Assembly (NCBI GenBank): GCA_964391345.1
Contig: CAYMKZ010000002.1
Coordinates: 69-64,068 of the forward strand
From: an uncultured Alcanivorax sp.
GTDB lineage: Bacteria > Pseudomonadota > Gammaproteobacteria > Pseudomonadales > Alcanivoracaceae
DNA: 64,000 nt
Direction: 5' to 3'
The position numbers and the translations under genes are program-made. Below, piece by piece: positions 1 to 8,899 of this stretch; the first letter of the stretch is position 1, and every line of letters begins with the position of its first letter. The notes below the pieces were generated by a model. That model was given only the letters and a program-made list of their open reading frames with translations. It made no database searches and had not been told where the DNA came from.

Positions 1-563
1 GCTATCTGGCGACCCGTAACACGGCGGTGATATGGCGTGGCCCGAAAGCCAGCGGCGCGCTGACCCAACTGATGCAGCAGACCGCCTGGAAGGATCTGGA
101 CTATCTGATCGTCGATCTGCCGCCGGGCACCAGCGACATCCAGCTGACCCTGGCGCAGAAAATTCCGGTGGCGGGCGCGGTGATCGTCACCACGCCGCAG
201 GACATCGCTCTGCTGGACGCCGTCAAGGGCGTGGAAATGTTTCGCAAGGTGGACGTCCAGGTATTGGGCATCGTCGAGAACATGGCGGTGCACATCTGCT
301 CTCATTGCGGCCACGAAGAGCATGTGTTCGGCGAAGGCGGTGGCGAACTGATGAGCAAACGCTACCAGGCGCCGCTGCTCGGCTCTCTGCCGTTGTCACT
401 GCGGATTCGCGAGCAGGCGGACGGCGGCAGGCCCACCGTGCTGGCCGATCCCGACAGCGCCGAGGCGCAATTGTATCGCAAGGCGGCCCGGCGCATGGCG
501 GCTCAGCTCTCGCTGACCGCCGAGGGGCGGCGCGCCTTTCCCAAGATCGTCCAGCAGCAATAA
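1..563 (+). CDS. apbC: Mrp/ApbC iron-sulfur cluster carrier ATPase, 5' truncated by window edge
   Basis: Frame is open from position 3 (YLATRNTAVIWRGP); motifs WRGP, DYLIVDLPPGT, VTTPQDIAL, GIVENM, CSHCG; precedes dcd. Confidence 0.93.
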   Translation, partial: YLATRNTAVIWRGPKASGALTQLMQQTAWKDLDYLIVDLPPGTSDIQLTLAQKIPVAGAVIVTTPQDIALLDAVKGVEMFRKVDVQVLGIVENMAVHICSHCGHEEHVFGEGGGELMSKRYQAPLLGSLPLSLRIREQADGGRPTVLADPDSAEAQLYRKAARRMAAQLSLTAEGRRAFPKIVQQQ

Positions 564-575
564 AAAAGGATTACC

Positions 576-1145
576 ATGAGCATCAAATCCGACCGTTGGA
601 TCACTCGCATGGCGCTCGAGCACGGCATGATCGAGCCCTTTCAGGACGGCCAAGTACGTACCGGTTCCAGCGGTGAAAAGCTGATTTCCTATGGCGTGTC
701 CAGCTACGGCTACGACGTGCGCTGCGCCGACGAATTCAAGGTGTTCACCAACATCCATTCGGCCACCGTGGATCCGAAGCATTTCGATGAGAAGAGCTTT
801 GTCGACATCAAGGGGGATTACTGCACCATCCCGCCCAACTCCTTCGCCCTGGCGCGCACCGTGGAATATTTCCGCATTCCCCGCAATGTGCTGACCATCT
901 GCCTGGGCAAATCCACCTATGCGCGCTGCGGCATCATCGTCAACGTGACGCCTCTGGAGCCGGAGTGGGAAGGGCATGTCACGCTGGAATTTTCCAACAC
1001 CACCAACCTGCCGGCGCGCATCTACGCCAATGAAGGGGTGGCGCAGATGCTGTTTCTGGAATCCGACGAGGTGTGTCAGGTTTCCTACAAGGACCGTAAC
1101 GGCAAGTATCAGGGGCAGAAGGGCGTTACGCTGCCGCGCGCCTGA
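576..1145 (+). CDS. dcd: dCTP deaminase
   Basis: MSIKSDRWI start, [35 protein letters not shown]. Confidence 0.96.
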   Translation: MSIKSDRWITRMALEHGMIEPFQDGQVRTGSSGEKLISYGVSSYGYDVRCADEFKVFTNIHSATVDPKHFDEKSFVDIKGDYCTIPPNSFALARTVEYFRIPRNVLTICLGKSTYARCGIIVNVTPLEPEWEGHVTLEFSNTTNLPARIYANEGVAQMLFLESDEVCQVSYKDRNGKYQGQKGVTLPRA

Positions 1146-1173
1146 CAGCCTGTTATGGAATGGAAGGGCGCGC

Positions 1174-1890
1174 TTACTGCGCGGGCTTGGGGCCGTGGTA
1201 CTCGGTCATGATCAGTTCGCCGTGCAGCAGGGCGTTTTCCACATGGCGCGCCTTGACCACCATGTAGCCGACCTTCGGCGCTACCCAGAACAGCGTCTGG
1301 CGGTCGTTGTCCTTGTCCTTGTCGCGTTTTTTCTCCACCACCAGCGTATCCAGCTTGCCCAGCGGCGTGTCGATGGTCTCCCGGCCGACCACCGTGAACA
1401 GTGAGTGGCGGATGCGTTTTCCATAAACGCTGGTGGCCCGGTATTCCTTGTCGCCGCTGGCGAACACGCAGCGGGCGCGCAACAGCACGCTCAACTCGTC
1501 CATGGCGTCCGCGGGAATGTCGAAGGTGCGCTTTTCCTGATCCTCGGATTCGCTGGTGGCCTGGGGCGGCGACCAGTTGAACGTCATGTGGTAATAACGG
1601 TGCTGGCCGAATCCGTTGAATTCATGCACGTAACGCTGCGGGCGCGGGTGGCAGCCATTCCAGTGGAACCAGCTTTCTTCCTTGTTGTTCAGCAGCCAGG
1701 AATTGGCCTTGAACAGCATGTGGTATTGGTCGGTGCCTGACGCCGGCTCCAGCACCAGCGTGGCGGTGATCGGCATCGGAATCTTGTTCACGTAAATGCG
1801 GTATTGGGCCGAGAACGGCGCCAGCGCCGTATCGGCGCCGGCCAGTGAGGCCAGGCTCAGACACAGCAGCACCAGCAAAAGACGTTTCAT
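1174..1890 (-). CDS. DUF3108-family exported protein
   Basis: Signal peptide MKRLLLVLLCLSLASLA; C-terminal TPLGKLDTLVVEK...TLFWVAPKVGY pattern; lies downstream of purN as in related gammaproteobacteria. Confidence 0.75.
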   Translation of the reverse strand: MKRLLLVLLCLSLASLAGADTALAPFSAQYRIYVNKIPMPITATLVLEPASGTDQYHMLFKANSWLLNNKEESWFHWNGCHPRPQRYVHEFNGFGQHRYYHMTFNWSPPQATSESEDQEKRTFDIPADAMDELSVLLRARCVFASGDKEYRATSVYGKRIRHSLFTVVGRETIDTPLGKLDTLVVEKKRDKDKDNDRQTLFWVAPKVGYMVVKARHVENALLHGELIMTEYHGPKPAQ

Positions 1891-1929
1891 GACCACAACT
1901 CCCTGGCAGTCATCGTTGGGGAGATCGGC

Positions 1930-2574
1930 TCAGCCGTGCTGCTGATAACCTTCACTGGGCAGGACACGCCCATCCAGCTCCACTCCCTGGTTGGTCAGGC
2001 GCAGACGCTGTTCGGCGCGCCAGCGCAATACTTGCGGGTACAGTTCGTGTTCCTGCTCCTGCACCCGCTTGGACAGGCTGTCCACGTCATCGTTCTCCGC
2101 CACGGTGATTCGAGCCTGAGCGATCAGCGGCCCGCCGTCCAGCTCTTCGGTGACGAAATGCAAACTGCAACCGTGTTCGCGGTCGCCGGCTTCCAGGGCC
2201 CGCGCGTGGGTGTGCAGGCCAGGGTATTTCGGCAGCAGGGACGGGTGAATGTTGATCAGCCGCCCCTGGTAGTGCTGCACGAAGCCGGCACTGAGAATGC
2301 GCATGAAGCCGGCCAGCGCCACGGTGTCCGCTCCGGCCTGGTCGATGCGTTCGGCCATGGCCGCGTCGAAAGCCTCGCGGCTGGGGTAGTCGCGGTGATC
2401 GATCACCGCGGTGGGCACACCGGCCTTGTGCGCGCGCAGCAGACCACCCGCATCGGCCCGGTTGCTGAGCACCAGGGTGACTGCCGCGGGCAGCGTGCCT
2501 GCCGTGACGGCATCCAGCATGGCCTGAAGATTGGAGCCGGCGCCACTGATGAGAACGACCAGGCGGTGGCTCAT
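1930..2574 (-). CDS. purN: Phosphoribosylglycinamide formyltransferase
   Basis: [40 protein letters not shown]; overlaps purM stop. Confidence 0.96.
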   Translation of the reverse strand: MSHRLVVLISGAGSNLQAMLDAVTAGTLPAAVTLVLSNRADAGGLLRAHKAGVPTAVIDHRDYPSREAFDAAMAERIDQAGADTVALAGFMRILSAGFVQHYQGRLINIHPSLLPKYPGLHTHARALEAGDREHGCSLHFVTEELDGGPLIAQARITVAENDDVDSLSKRVQEQEHELYPQVLRWRAEQRLRLTNQGVELDGRVLPSEGYQQHG

Positions 2575-3638
2575 TGGGCGCCTTCCAGCACCACCACCGG
2601 CTCACCGGAGCCTTGCTGGATTTCGCCGATCAGCCGCGCGTTTTCACCGGCCGCTTCCAGCAACGCCAGTGTCTGGTCCACGTGGGTGGCGGGCACCACC
2701 AGTACCATGCCGAGGCCGCAGTTGAAGGTGCGGTACATTTCCTGCTCCGGCACCTGGCCCTGCTCCTGCAGCCAGGTGAAGATTGGCGGCCACTGCCAGG
2801 CGCCGGTGTCGATCACGGCACGGGTATCGGCCGGCAGCACACGGGGCAGGTTTTCCGGCAGCCCACCGCCGGTGATGTGCGCCATGGCGTGGACCGGTAC
2901 CTGACGAATCAGCGTCAGCAGGGATTTCACGTAGATGCGGGTCGGTTCCAGCAGCAGCTCGATCACCGGCTGGCCGTCGATTTCGTTGCTGTCGGCCTGC
3001 TCCAGTATGCGGCGAATCAGGGAGTAGCCGTTGGAGTGAGGGCCGGATGAGGCCAGGCCGATGATACGGTCACCGGGCTGCACGGCGGAGCCGTCAATCA
3101 CGCCGTCGCGCTCCACCACGCCGACACAGAAGCCGGCAAGATCGTAGTCGCCACCCTGGTACATGCCGGGCATCTCGGCGGTTTCCCCGCCGATCAGCGC
3201 GCAACCCGCCTGCTCGCAGCCGGCGCCGATACCGGCCACTACCCGGGAGGCGGTATCCACGTCGAGCTTGCCGGTGGCGTAATAGTCGAGGAAGAACAGC
3301 GGCTCGGCACCGCCGACGATCAGATCGTTGACGCACATGGCCACCAGATCGATGCCGATATGGTCGTGCCGGTCGTGCTCCATGGCCAGCCGCAGTTTGG
3401 TGCCGACGCCGTCGGTGCCGGCCACCAGTACCGGGTTGCGGTAGCCTTCCGGCAACGCGCAGAGTGCGCCGAAGCCGCCCAGGCCGCCCAGCACTTCCGG
3501 CCGCCGGGTGCGTTTGGCCACCGGTTTGATGCGTTGCACCAGGGCATTGCCGGCATCGATGTCCACGCCGGCATCGCGGTAGGTCAGAGATTCTTTCTGG
3601 GCTCCCTTCTGATCAGAGGGGGGAGACTGTTTACTCAT
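2571..3638 (-). CDS. purM: Phosphoribosylformylglycinamidine cyclo-ligase (AIR synthetase)
   Basis: [47 protein letters not shown]. Confidence 0.97.
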   Translation of the reverse strand: MSKQSPPSDQKGAQKESLTYRDAGVDIDAGNALVQRIKPVAKRTRRPEVLGGLGGFGALCALPEGYRNPVLVAGTDGVGTKLRLAMEHDRHDHIGIDLVAMCVNDLIVGGAEPLFFLDYYATGKLDVDTASRVVAGIGAGCEQAGCALIGGETAEMPGMYQGGDYDLAGFCVGVVERDGVIDGSAVQPGDRIIGLASSGPHSNGYSLIRRILEQADSNEIDGQPVIELLLEPTRIYVKSLLTLIRQVPVHAMAHITGGGLPENLPRVLPADTRAVIDTGAWQWPPIFTWLQEQGQVPEQEMYRTFNCGLGMVLVVPATHVDQTLALLEAAGENARLIGEIQQGSGEPVVVLEGAQ

Positions 3639-3908
3639 GGTGAAGCTCCGTGAGGCGGCGGGCGGGTGTCGAGGCCGCGTATTCTAGCAACCGGGCGGGA
3701 GCCTGGGAAACTCCACAGGGGGTTATTCCGTGCTGGCCGACGGAATATTTGCCGGTGGCGGCATTGTGGTTCGCCAGCCGTGCCCGGATGGGTGATAATG
3801 CGCGCCAGTTTTCCCGCTCGCCACGGTTGCCCGGTCAGTTGACGGGGCCGGTGACGCGGCGCTCTCCCGGAGCTTGATTCGCACCTCGGAAAAAGGTGGT
3901 TTTTCCTT

Positions 3909-5063
3909 ATGTTTCGTCTGTTGATTGCAGCTTTTCTGGCGATCGCCGTGGCCTGCCCGGCACTGGCCGGGGATCTGGGGCAGGTTCAGGTGCCAATGCC
4001 GGACGGCAGCCAGGGTGACAGCACTGCGCGCCAGGCGGCGTTGCAGCAGGGCCTGGAGCAGGTCATCGCGCGCCTGACCGGCAAAAGCGTGGACCAGGTG
4101 AGCCACTTGCCGGGGGCCGCCCAGGCGCTGGCGGAACCGGACAAGTGGTTGTTGCGCTATGGTTATGAAAGCGGCGATCCGCCGGTCTTGCAGGCCCGCT
4201 TCGATGCCGATGCACTGGCCGGCTGGCTGGCGCAACAGGGCGTCGCCGTGTGGAGCGGCCCGCGCCCGCCGGTGCTGGTGTGGCTGGTGGCTGGCGGCAG
4301 CGGTCGCGGGCATATGGTCAGCGCCAATGATCCACTGGCGTCCGTCATCACCCAGGCGGCGGCACAGCAGGGTCTCACCGTGATCCTGCCGGCGTGGGAC
4401 CAGCAGGATCAGAGCGCGCTCACCGTCACCGATGTTCGCGGCCATTTCGACAGTCCGCTGTTGAAAGCCTCGAAGCGGTACGGCACGGACTGGATCGCCA
4501 CCGGCGTCATCTATCGTGGTACCGGGAATGGCGGTGCTCAGGCCACGGTGAACTGGCGCCTGCTGCACAACGGCAATGACATCGCCGACCAGCGTTTTTC
4601 CGCCGCCTCCGGAGAGGCCGCCGCGCAGGCCATGGTCGGTGGCATCGGCGATGCTCTGGTGGCCCGCTTCCGGGTCGTCGGCGGCGGTGGTGTCGACCGT
4701 GCCAATCCGGTGATCGTGCACGGCGTGGATACGTTGCAAAAGTGGGTGGATCTGAAAAAGGATCTGCTGGCGCTGGGCACCATCAGCGCCGTGGATCTGC
4801 GCCAGGCGGATGGCGACACGCTCAGGCTGGCGGTGGATTTCGCCGGCAGCCGTGACGAACTGGCGCAGACGCTCACCCGTCTGCCGACCTTGCAGGTCTG
4901 TGACCAATCCGGCGCCGTACCGCCGCGCGCAACCGCTGCTTCCGGCACCGACACGACGGGTCGCAGCACGGCGGCGCCCGATGCTTCTTCGGCGACGGCC
5001 GACGCGGCCCCGGCCACCGCCGCCAAACCGGCGCCGGCGGCCCTGGTCTTCTGCGAGCGCTGA
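3909..5063 (+). CDS. DUF2066-family exported protein
   Basis: Signal peptide; ARQAALQQGLEQV, RFDADAL, RPPVLVWL, PAWD; divergent from purM and upstream of hda, the usual context for this family. Confidence 0.8.
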   Translation: MFRLLIAAFLAIAVACPALAGDLGQVQVPMPDGSQGDSTARQAALQQGLEQVIARLTGKSVDQVSHLPGAAQALAEPDKWLLRYGYESGDPPVLQARFDADALAGWLAQQGVAVWSGPRPPVLVWLVAGGSGRGHMVSANDPLASVITQAAAQQGLTVILPAWDQQDQSALTVTDVRGHFDSPLLKASKRYGTDWIATGVIYRGTGNGGAQATVNWRLLHNGNDIADQRFSAASGEAAAQAMVGGIGDALVARFRVVGGGGVDRANPVIVHGVDTLQKWVDLKKDLLALGTISAVDLRQADGDTLRLAVDFAGSRDELAQTLTRLPTLQVCDQSGAVPPRATAASGTDTTGRSTAAPDASSATADAAPATAAKPAPAALVFCER

Positions 5064-5066
5064 TCG

Positions 5067-5756
5067 ATGGTTGCCCAACTGCCGCTGGCTCTGGAGTTGC
5101 GTGAAGGTCACGACCTGGACAACTTTCGTGCCGGCCCGAACGGGCTGGCCGTGGACCGGGTACGCGCCGCCGCCGAGGGCGAGGAACGTCAGGTGTTTCT
5201 GTGGGCCGGCCCGGGGCAGGGGCGCAGCCATCTGCTGGAAGGAGCGGTGCGTCATGCGCTGAGCCAGCAGCGTGATGCCTGCCTGCTGCCGGCCGGGGAA
5301 CTGCTGCCGCTGGCGCCGGCGGTGCTGGAATCCATGGAGCAGTTCGCGCTGCTGGCGATCGATGATGTGGACCGTTTCGCCGGCCACGCCGCGTGGGAGG
5401 AAGCGCTGTTTCACCTGTACAATCGGGTGATGGCCGAGGGCGGCACGCTGCTGTTCAGCGCCGCCGCCGCGCCGGGCGCCAACCACTGGCGGCTGGCGGA
5501 TCTGGCCACCCGCCTGGCGGCGGGGCCGGTGTTCCGGCTGCAACCGCTGGACGAGGACGAGCTGGCCGCCTTGCTGGTGGCGCGCGCCGCCGAGCGGGGG
5601 CTGAAAGTCAGTACCGAGGTGGCGCGCTACATGGCCATGCGCAGCGAGCGTCAGCCGGCGGCGCTGCTGGCGCGGCTCGGTGAGCTGGATCGCGTGGCGC
5701 TGGCGCGCCAGCGGGCGTTGACCATCCCCTTCATCAAGGACGTGTTTGGCTGGTAG
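5067..5756 (+). CDS. hda: DnaA regulatory inactivator Hda
   Basis: QLPLAL...DNF, GQGRSHLL, IDDVD, EEALFHLYN, DLATRL, RALTIPFIKDV. Confidence 0.93.
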   Translation: MVAQLPLALELREGHDLDNFRAGPNGLAVDRVRAAAEGEERQVFLWAGPGQGRSHLLEGAVRHALSQQRDACLLPAGELLPLAPAVLESMEQFALLAIDDVDRFAGHAAWEEALFHLYNRVMAEGGTLLFSAAAAPGANHWRLADLATRLAAGPVFRLQPLDEDELAALLVARAAERGLKVSTEVARYMAMRSERQPAALLARLGELDRVALARQRALTIPFIKDVFGW

Positions 5757-6072
5757 GGGTGGCGTTGCGCCGCCGGCGCGGCGTCCTCCAGCGCCGGCGG
5801 ATCCATTCCCAGACCAGGGCGCCGAGCACCATGCTGATCAGAATCACCACCAGCTTCGGCAGGCGTGCCGCGGTCCAGAACAGAATGTCGAGAGAGGTGG
5901 GTTCCAGGTTTTGCAGTACGATGATGGCCAGCAGGATGATCAGCACGATCTGCAAGGCGCCGAGCGGGTGGCGGCGCAGCCAGCCGCCACCGCCTTTGAC
6001 GGCGCGGTTGAGAGACGAACGTCTGGGTTTATCAGGCGTACCGACCGTGGTTTCATGGGGGTCCGTTTCCAT
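5734..6072 (-). CDS. Small LapA/DUF1049-like membrane protein
   Basis: ATG at 6072 (METDPHE); two hydrophobic helices with the IIVLQN...ILFW...LP pattern; basic tail; 23-nt convergent overlap with hda. Confidence 0.65.
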   Translation of the reverse strand: METDPHETTVGTPDKPRRSSLNRAVKGGGGWLRRHPLGALQIVLIILLAIIVLQNLEPTSLDILFWTAARLPKLVVILISMVLGALVWEWIRRRWRTPRRRRNATPTSQTRP

Positions 6073-6142
6073 TGGAGTCTCCGTGTCGATGGATCGCGTA
6101 CCCCCCAATCTTTCACAGTTCGACGTAAGGTAACAAGCGCTT

Positions 6143-7543
6143 ATGGATATCAGCTCGGGATGGGATCTGGTGATTCTCGGCAGCGGGCCGTCCGGTGAAG
6201 CGGCCGCCATGCAGGCGGCGAAAAGCGGCCTGCGGGTGGCGATGATCGATGCCGAGGGCCAGACCGGCGGCAATTGCACCCACTGGGGCACTATTCCTTC
6301 CAAGGCGTTGCGCCATCAGGTGCGCCAGGTGTTGCGCTCGCAGCGCAATCCGCTGCTGCGCGGCTTGATCAACCCGCGCCAGCTGCGCTGGCAGGATCTG
6401 ATCAAGCGTTCCATGGACGTGGTCGATGCGCAGGTGCATGTGCGCACCGATTTCTACGTGCGCAACCGGGTGCGCCTGTTCACCGGCCGGGGCTTCATCG
6501 AAGGGCCCGGCGAAGTGCGCGTCGATAACGCCGAAGGGCGCCAATGGCTGTTGCGCACCCGCAACATCCTCATCGCCACCGGTTCGCGCCCCTATCATCC
6601 CGAGGATGTGGATTTCAGCCATTCCCGTATTTACGACTCCGACGGCGTGCTGAACATGGACCATACGCCGCAGCATCTGATCATCTACGGCGCCGGGGTG
6701 ATCGGCTGCGAATACGCCTGCATTTTCAGCGGGCTGGGGGTGCGCGTCGATCTGGTCAACAGCCGCCGGCATCTGCTCGATTTCCTGGATACGGAAATCT
6801 CCGACGCGCTCAGCTATCACCTGCGTGACCAGGGCGCCACCATTCGCCACGGCGAACTGTACTCACGGGTCAGCGCGGATGAGGACAGCGTCACGCTGGA
6901 ACTGGAATCCGGCAAGCGGCTGCGCGCGGATGCCCTGCTGTGGAGCAACGGCCGTTCCGGCAATACCCAGAATATCGGGCTGGAAAATCTCGGCCTGCAG
7001 GCCAACAGCCGTGGCCAGCTCAGCGTCGATGAGCGCTATCAGACGGCGGCGGAAGGGGTTTATGCGGTGGGCGACGTGGTGGGCTGGCCGTCACTGGCCA
7101 GCGCCTCCTACGACCAGGGGCGCTTCTGCGCCGCCGGTATCGTCAGCGGCGGGCCGGTCAAGCAGGTCACCGATGTGCCTACCGGCATCTACACCATTCC
7201 CGGTATCAGCTCGGTGGGCCGTACCGAGCAGGAACTGACCGAGTCGCGAGTGCCTTACGAAGTGGGGCAGGCGTTTTTCAAGAACCTGGCGCGCGCGCAA
7301 ATCACCGGTGAGCAGGTGGGCATGCTGAAGATCCTCTTCCATCGGGACAGCCTGGAAGTGCTCGGCATTCACTGCTTCGGTTATCAGTCCATGGAGATCG
7401 TCCACGTCGGGCAAGCGGTGATGCGCCAGCCGGCGCCCAACAACACGATCCGCTATTTCGTCGATACCACGTTCAACTATCCGACCATGGCGGAAGCGTA
7501 TCGGGTGGCGGCGATCAACGGCCTTAACCGCGTCGAGCGTTGA
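6143..7543 (+). CDS. sthA: Soluble pyridine nucleotide transhydrogenase
   Basis: GSGPSG FAD motif, [48 protein letters not shown]. Confidence 0.95.
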   Translation: MDISSGWDLVILGSGPSGEAAAMQAAKSGLRVAMIDAEGQTGGNCTHWGTIPSKALRHQVRQVLRSQRNPLLRGLINPRQLRWQDLIKRSMDVVDAQVHVRTDFYVRNRVRLFTGRGFIEGPGEVRVDNAEGRQWLLRTRNILIATGSRPYHPEDVDFSHSRIYDSDGVLNMDHTPQHLIIYGAGVIGCEYACIFSGLGVRVDLVNSRRHLLDFLDTEISDALSYHLRDQGATIRHGELYSRVSADEDSVTLELESGKRLRADALLWSNGRSGNTQNIGLENLGLQANSRGQLSVDERYQTAAEGVYAVGDVVGWPSLASASYDQGRFCAAGIVSGGPVKQVTDVPTGIYTIPGISSVGRTEQELTESRVPYEVGQAFFKNLARAQITGEQVGMLKILFHRDSLEVLGIHCFGYQSMEIVHVGQAVMRQPAPNNTIRYFVDTTFNYPTMAEAYRVAAINGLNRVER

Positions 7544-7571
7544 CCCCGGCCCGTAGCGGCTGGCACGGGCG

Positions 7572-8165
7572 TTATCGCTGAACGCGGCTGCGTTCGTGAA
7601 AGAACTCCCGGTTCCTCTGTTTCGCCTCGCTGTTCTTGCGCAGCAGCACCAGGGTGACGCCGGTACCGCCCTGGTTGGGCGGGGCGCTGTGAAAGGCCAG
7701 CACCTGATCGAACTCTTCCAGCCAGTGCAGTACATAGCTTTTCAGCAAGCCCGGCCGCTCGCTGTGCCAACCTTTGCCGTGGCTGATCAGTACGGTGCGC
7801 AATCCGTGTTCCTGGGCTTCGCGGACGAACAGATAGACCTGATCGCGGGCGTCCAGCAGGCGTACCCGGTGCAGATCCAGGCGCGCCTGCACCTCGTATT
7901 TGCCGAGCCGCAGCTTGCGATAGACCCCTTCCTGCACGCCGTTCTTCTTCAGGCCGACGATATCGTGCGGCCCGGCCTGTGGTACCTGTTCGGGCACCGT
8001 CAGCGGGTTGGGGTCCTGGCCGGGGCGGGCGATGGCGGAAGCCCTGCGCAGGCGCTGTGCCAGCGACGGGCTGCGACGCGCCGCGGCGGGGATGCGATCA
8101 TCCGGCTTGAGGGGCGCCACGCCACTCATTTCGCGCTGGAACAGGTCGTTGTCGTCATCGGCCAT
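7572..8165 (-). CDS. smrA: Smr-domain DNA endonuclease (SmrA-like)
   Basis: LFQREMSGVAPL, GVQEGVYRKLRLGKY, LDLH, SHGKG, GGTGVTLVLL. Confidence 0.88.
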   Translation of the reverse strand: MADDDNDLFQREMSGVAPLKPDDRIPAAARRSPSLAQRLRRASAIARPGQDPNPLTVPEQVPQAGPHDIVGLKKNGVQEGVYRKLRLGKYEVQARLDLHRVRLLDARDQVYLFVREAQEHGLRTVLISHGKGWHSERPGLLKSYVLHWLEEFDQVLAFHSAPPNQGGTGVTLVLLRKNSEAKQRNREFFHERSRVQR

Positions 8166-8396
8166 GGCGCCTCTCCTTGAAACGGCAGTTCACTGCTCAT
8201 GGTACACAAATGTCGTCGGGGATCGCAGCAAAACCGGCCGGCACGGAAACCGGCCTCCCGGAAGCGCGCAGCACCATCCGGGAGTCGGTGTCAGCCCTCG
8301 GGCACCGGAAACAGAAGACAGCACTGGCCCCGGACAACGCCGTTGACCTTGCTGGATACCATGATGACGCGGGTGAACGAATGACCCGACGGGGAG

Positions 8397-8573
8397 TTAG
8401 TGAGGTTGTCGGTTCGGACGCGGCCTGCCGTTGCTGTTGTCGGTATCGGCCTCATCTTCGTCGAGATGATGGCGCTGTTTTTTGGCATCCCGCTTGCGGC
8501 GTTCCTTGCCCACCCGTTCGTTTTCCTCTTCCCATTCGCGGGCGTCGTAGTCATCAAATTGGCGACGACTCAT
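8397..8573 (-). CDS. Candidate 58-aa highly charged small protein (not in ORF track)
   Basis: Manual translation MSRRQFDDYDAREWEEENERVGKERRKRDAKKQRHHLDEDEADTDNSNGRPRPNRQPH-stop; GAGAG 8 nt before the ATG; same strand as downstream smrA. Confidence 0.6.
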   Translation of the reverse strand: MSRRQFDDYDAREWEEENERVGKERRKRDAKKQRHHLDEDEADTDNSNGRPRPNRQPH

Positions 8574-8899
8574 GATCGATACTCTCTACTCAATGATGTC
8601 TACTCTAATGATGTTGCGGTCGAGTCAGGTTGATGTTGCGCCATCCGGCGGGTGTTTGACCGCCCCGCTCCGAATGACCCGGAAATGCGGCAAGAGCCCC
8701 GCATTTCTGACCCTATATAGCACTGAAACCGGGCTTCGAGAAGAGTGTAGTGCGAATAGTTGGAGACCGCTGCCGGATGGGGTCCGGCGCGGACGGCGGA
8801 TGCGGGACAGGAGGGTGGATGAAATGGGCTTGGCAGTTTTTGCAGGGTGGGTGCTATTATCAGTCATTAGTCTTGGACAAGACACGGGGAACCAGAAAA

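Noticed and set aside
5211-5240. Walker A Lys replaced by Arg in Hda (GQGRSHLL)
   Set aside because: GxGRSHL is normal for Hda proteins.
3723-5543. 606-aa minus-strand ORF
   Set aside because: Antisense shadow of DUF2066 and hda; no motifs; long shadow ORFs are expected in GC-rich coding DNA.
8291-8633. Track ORFs 8400-8633 (+, hydrophobic) and 8291-8557 (-)
   Set aside because: Both overlap the 58-aa ORF at 8397-8573, which has the better RBS and codon pattern; the hydrophobic ORF is its antisense mirror. Not fully excluded without conservation data.
8830-8845. TGGCAGTTTTTGCA upstream of the triple-repeat gene as a sigma54 promoter
   Set aside because: GG-to-GC spacing is 8 nt, not the required 10.
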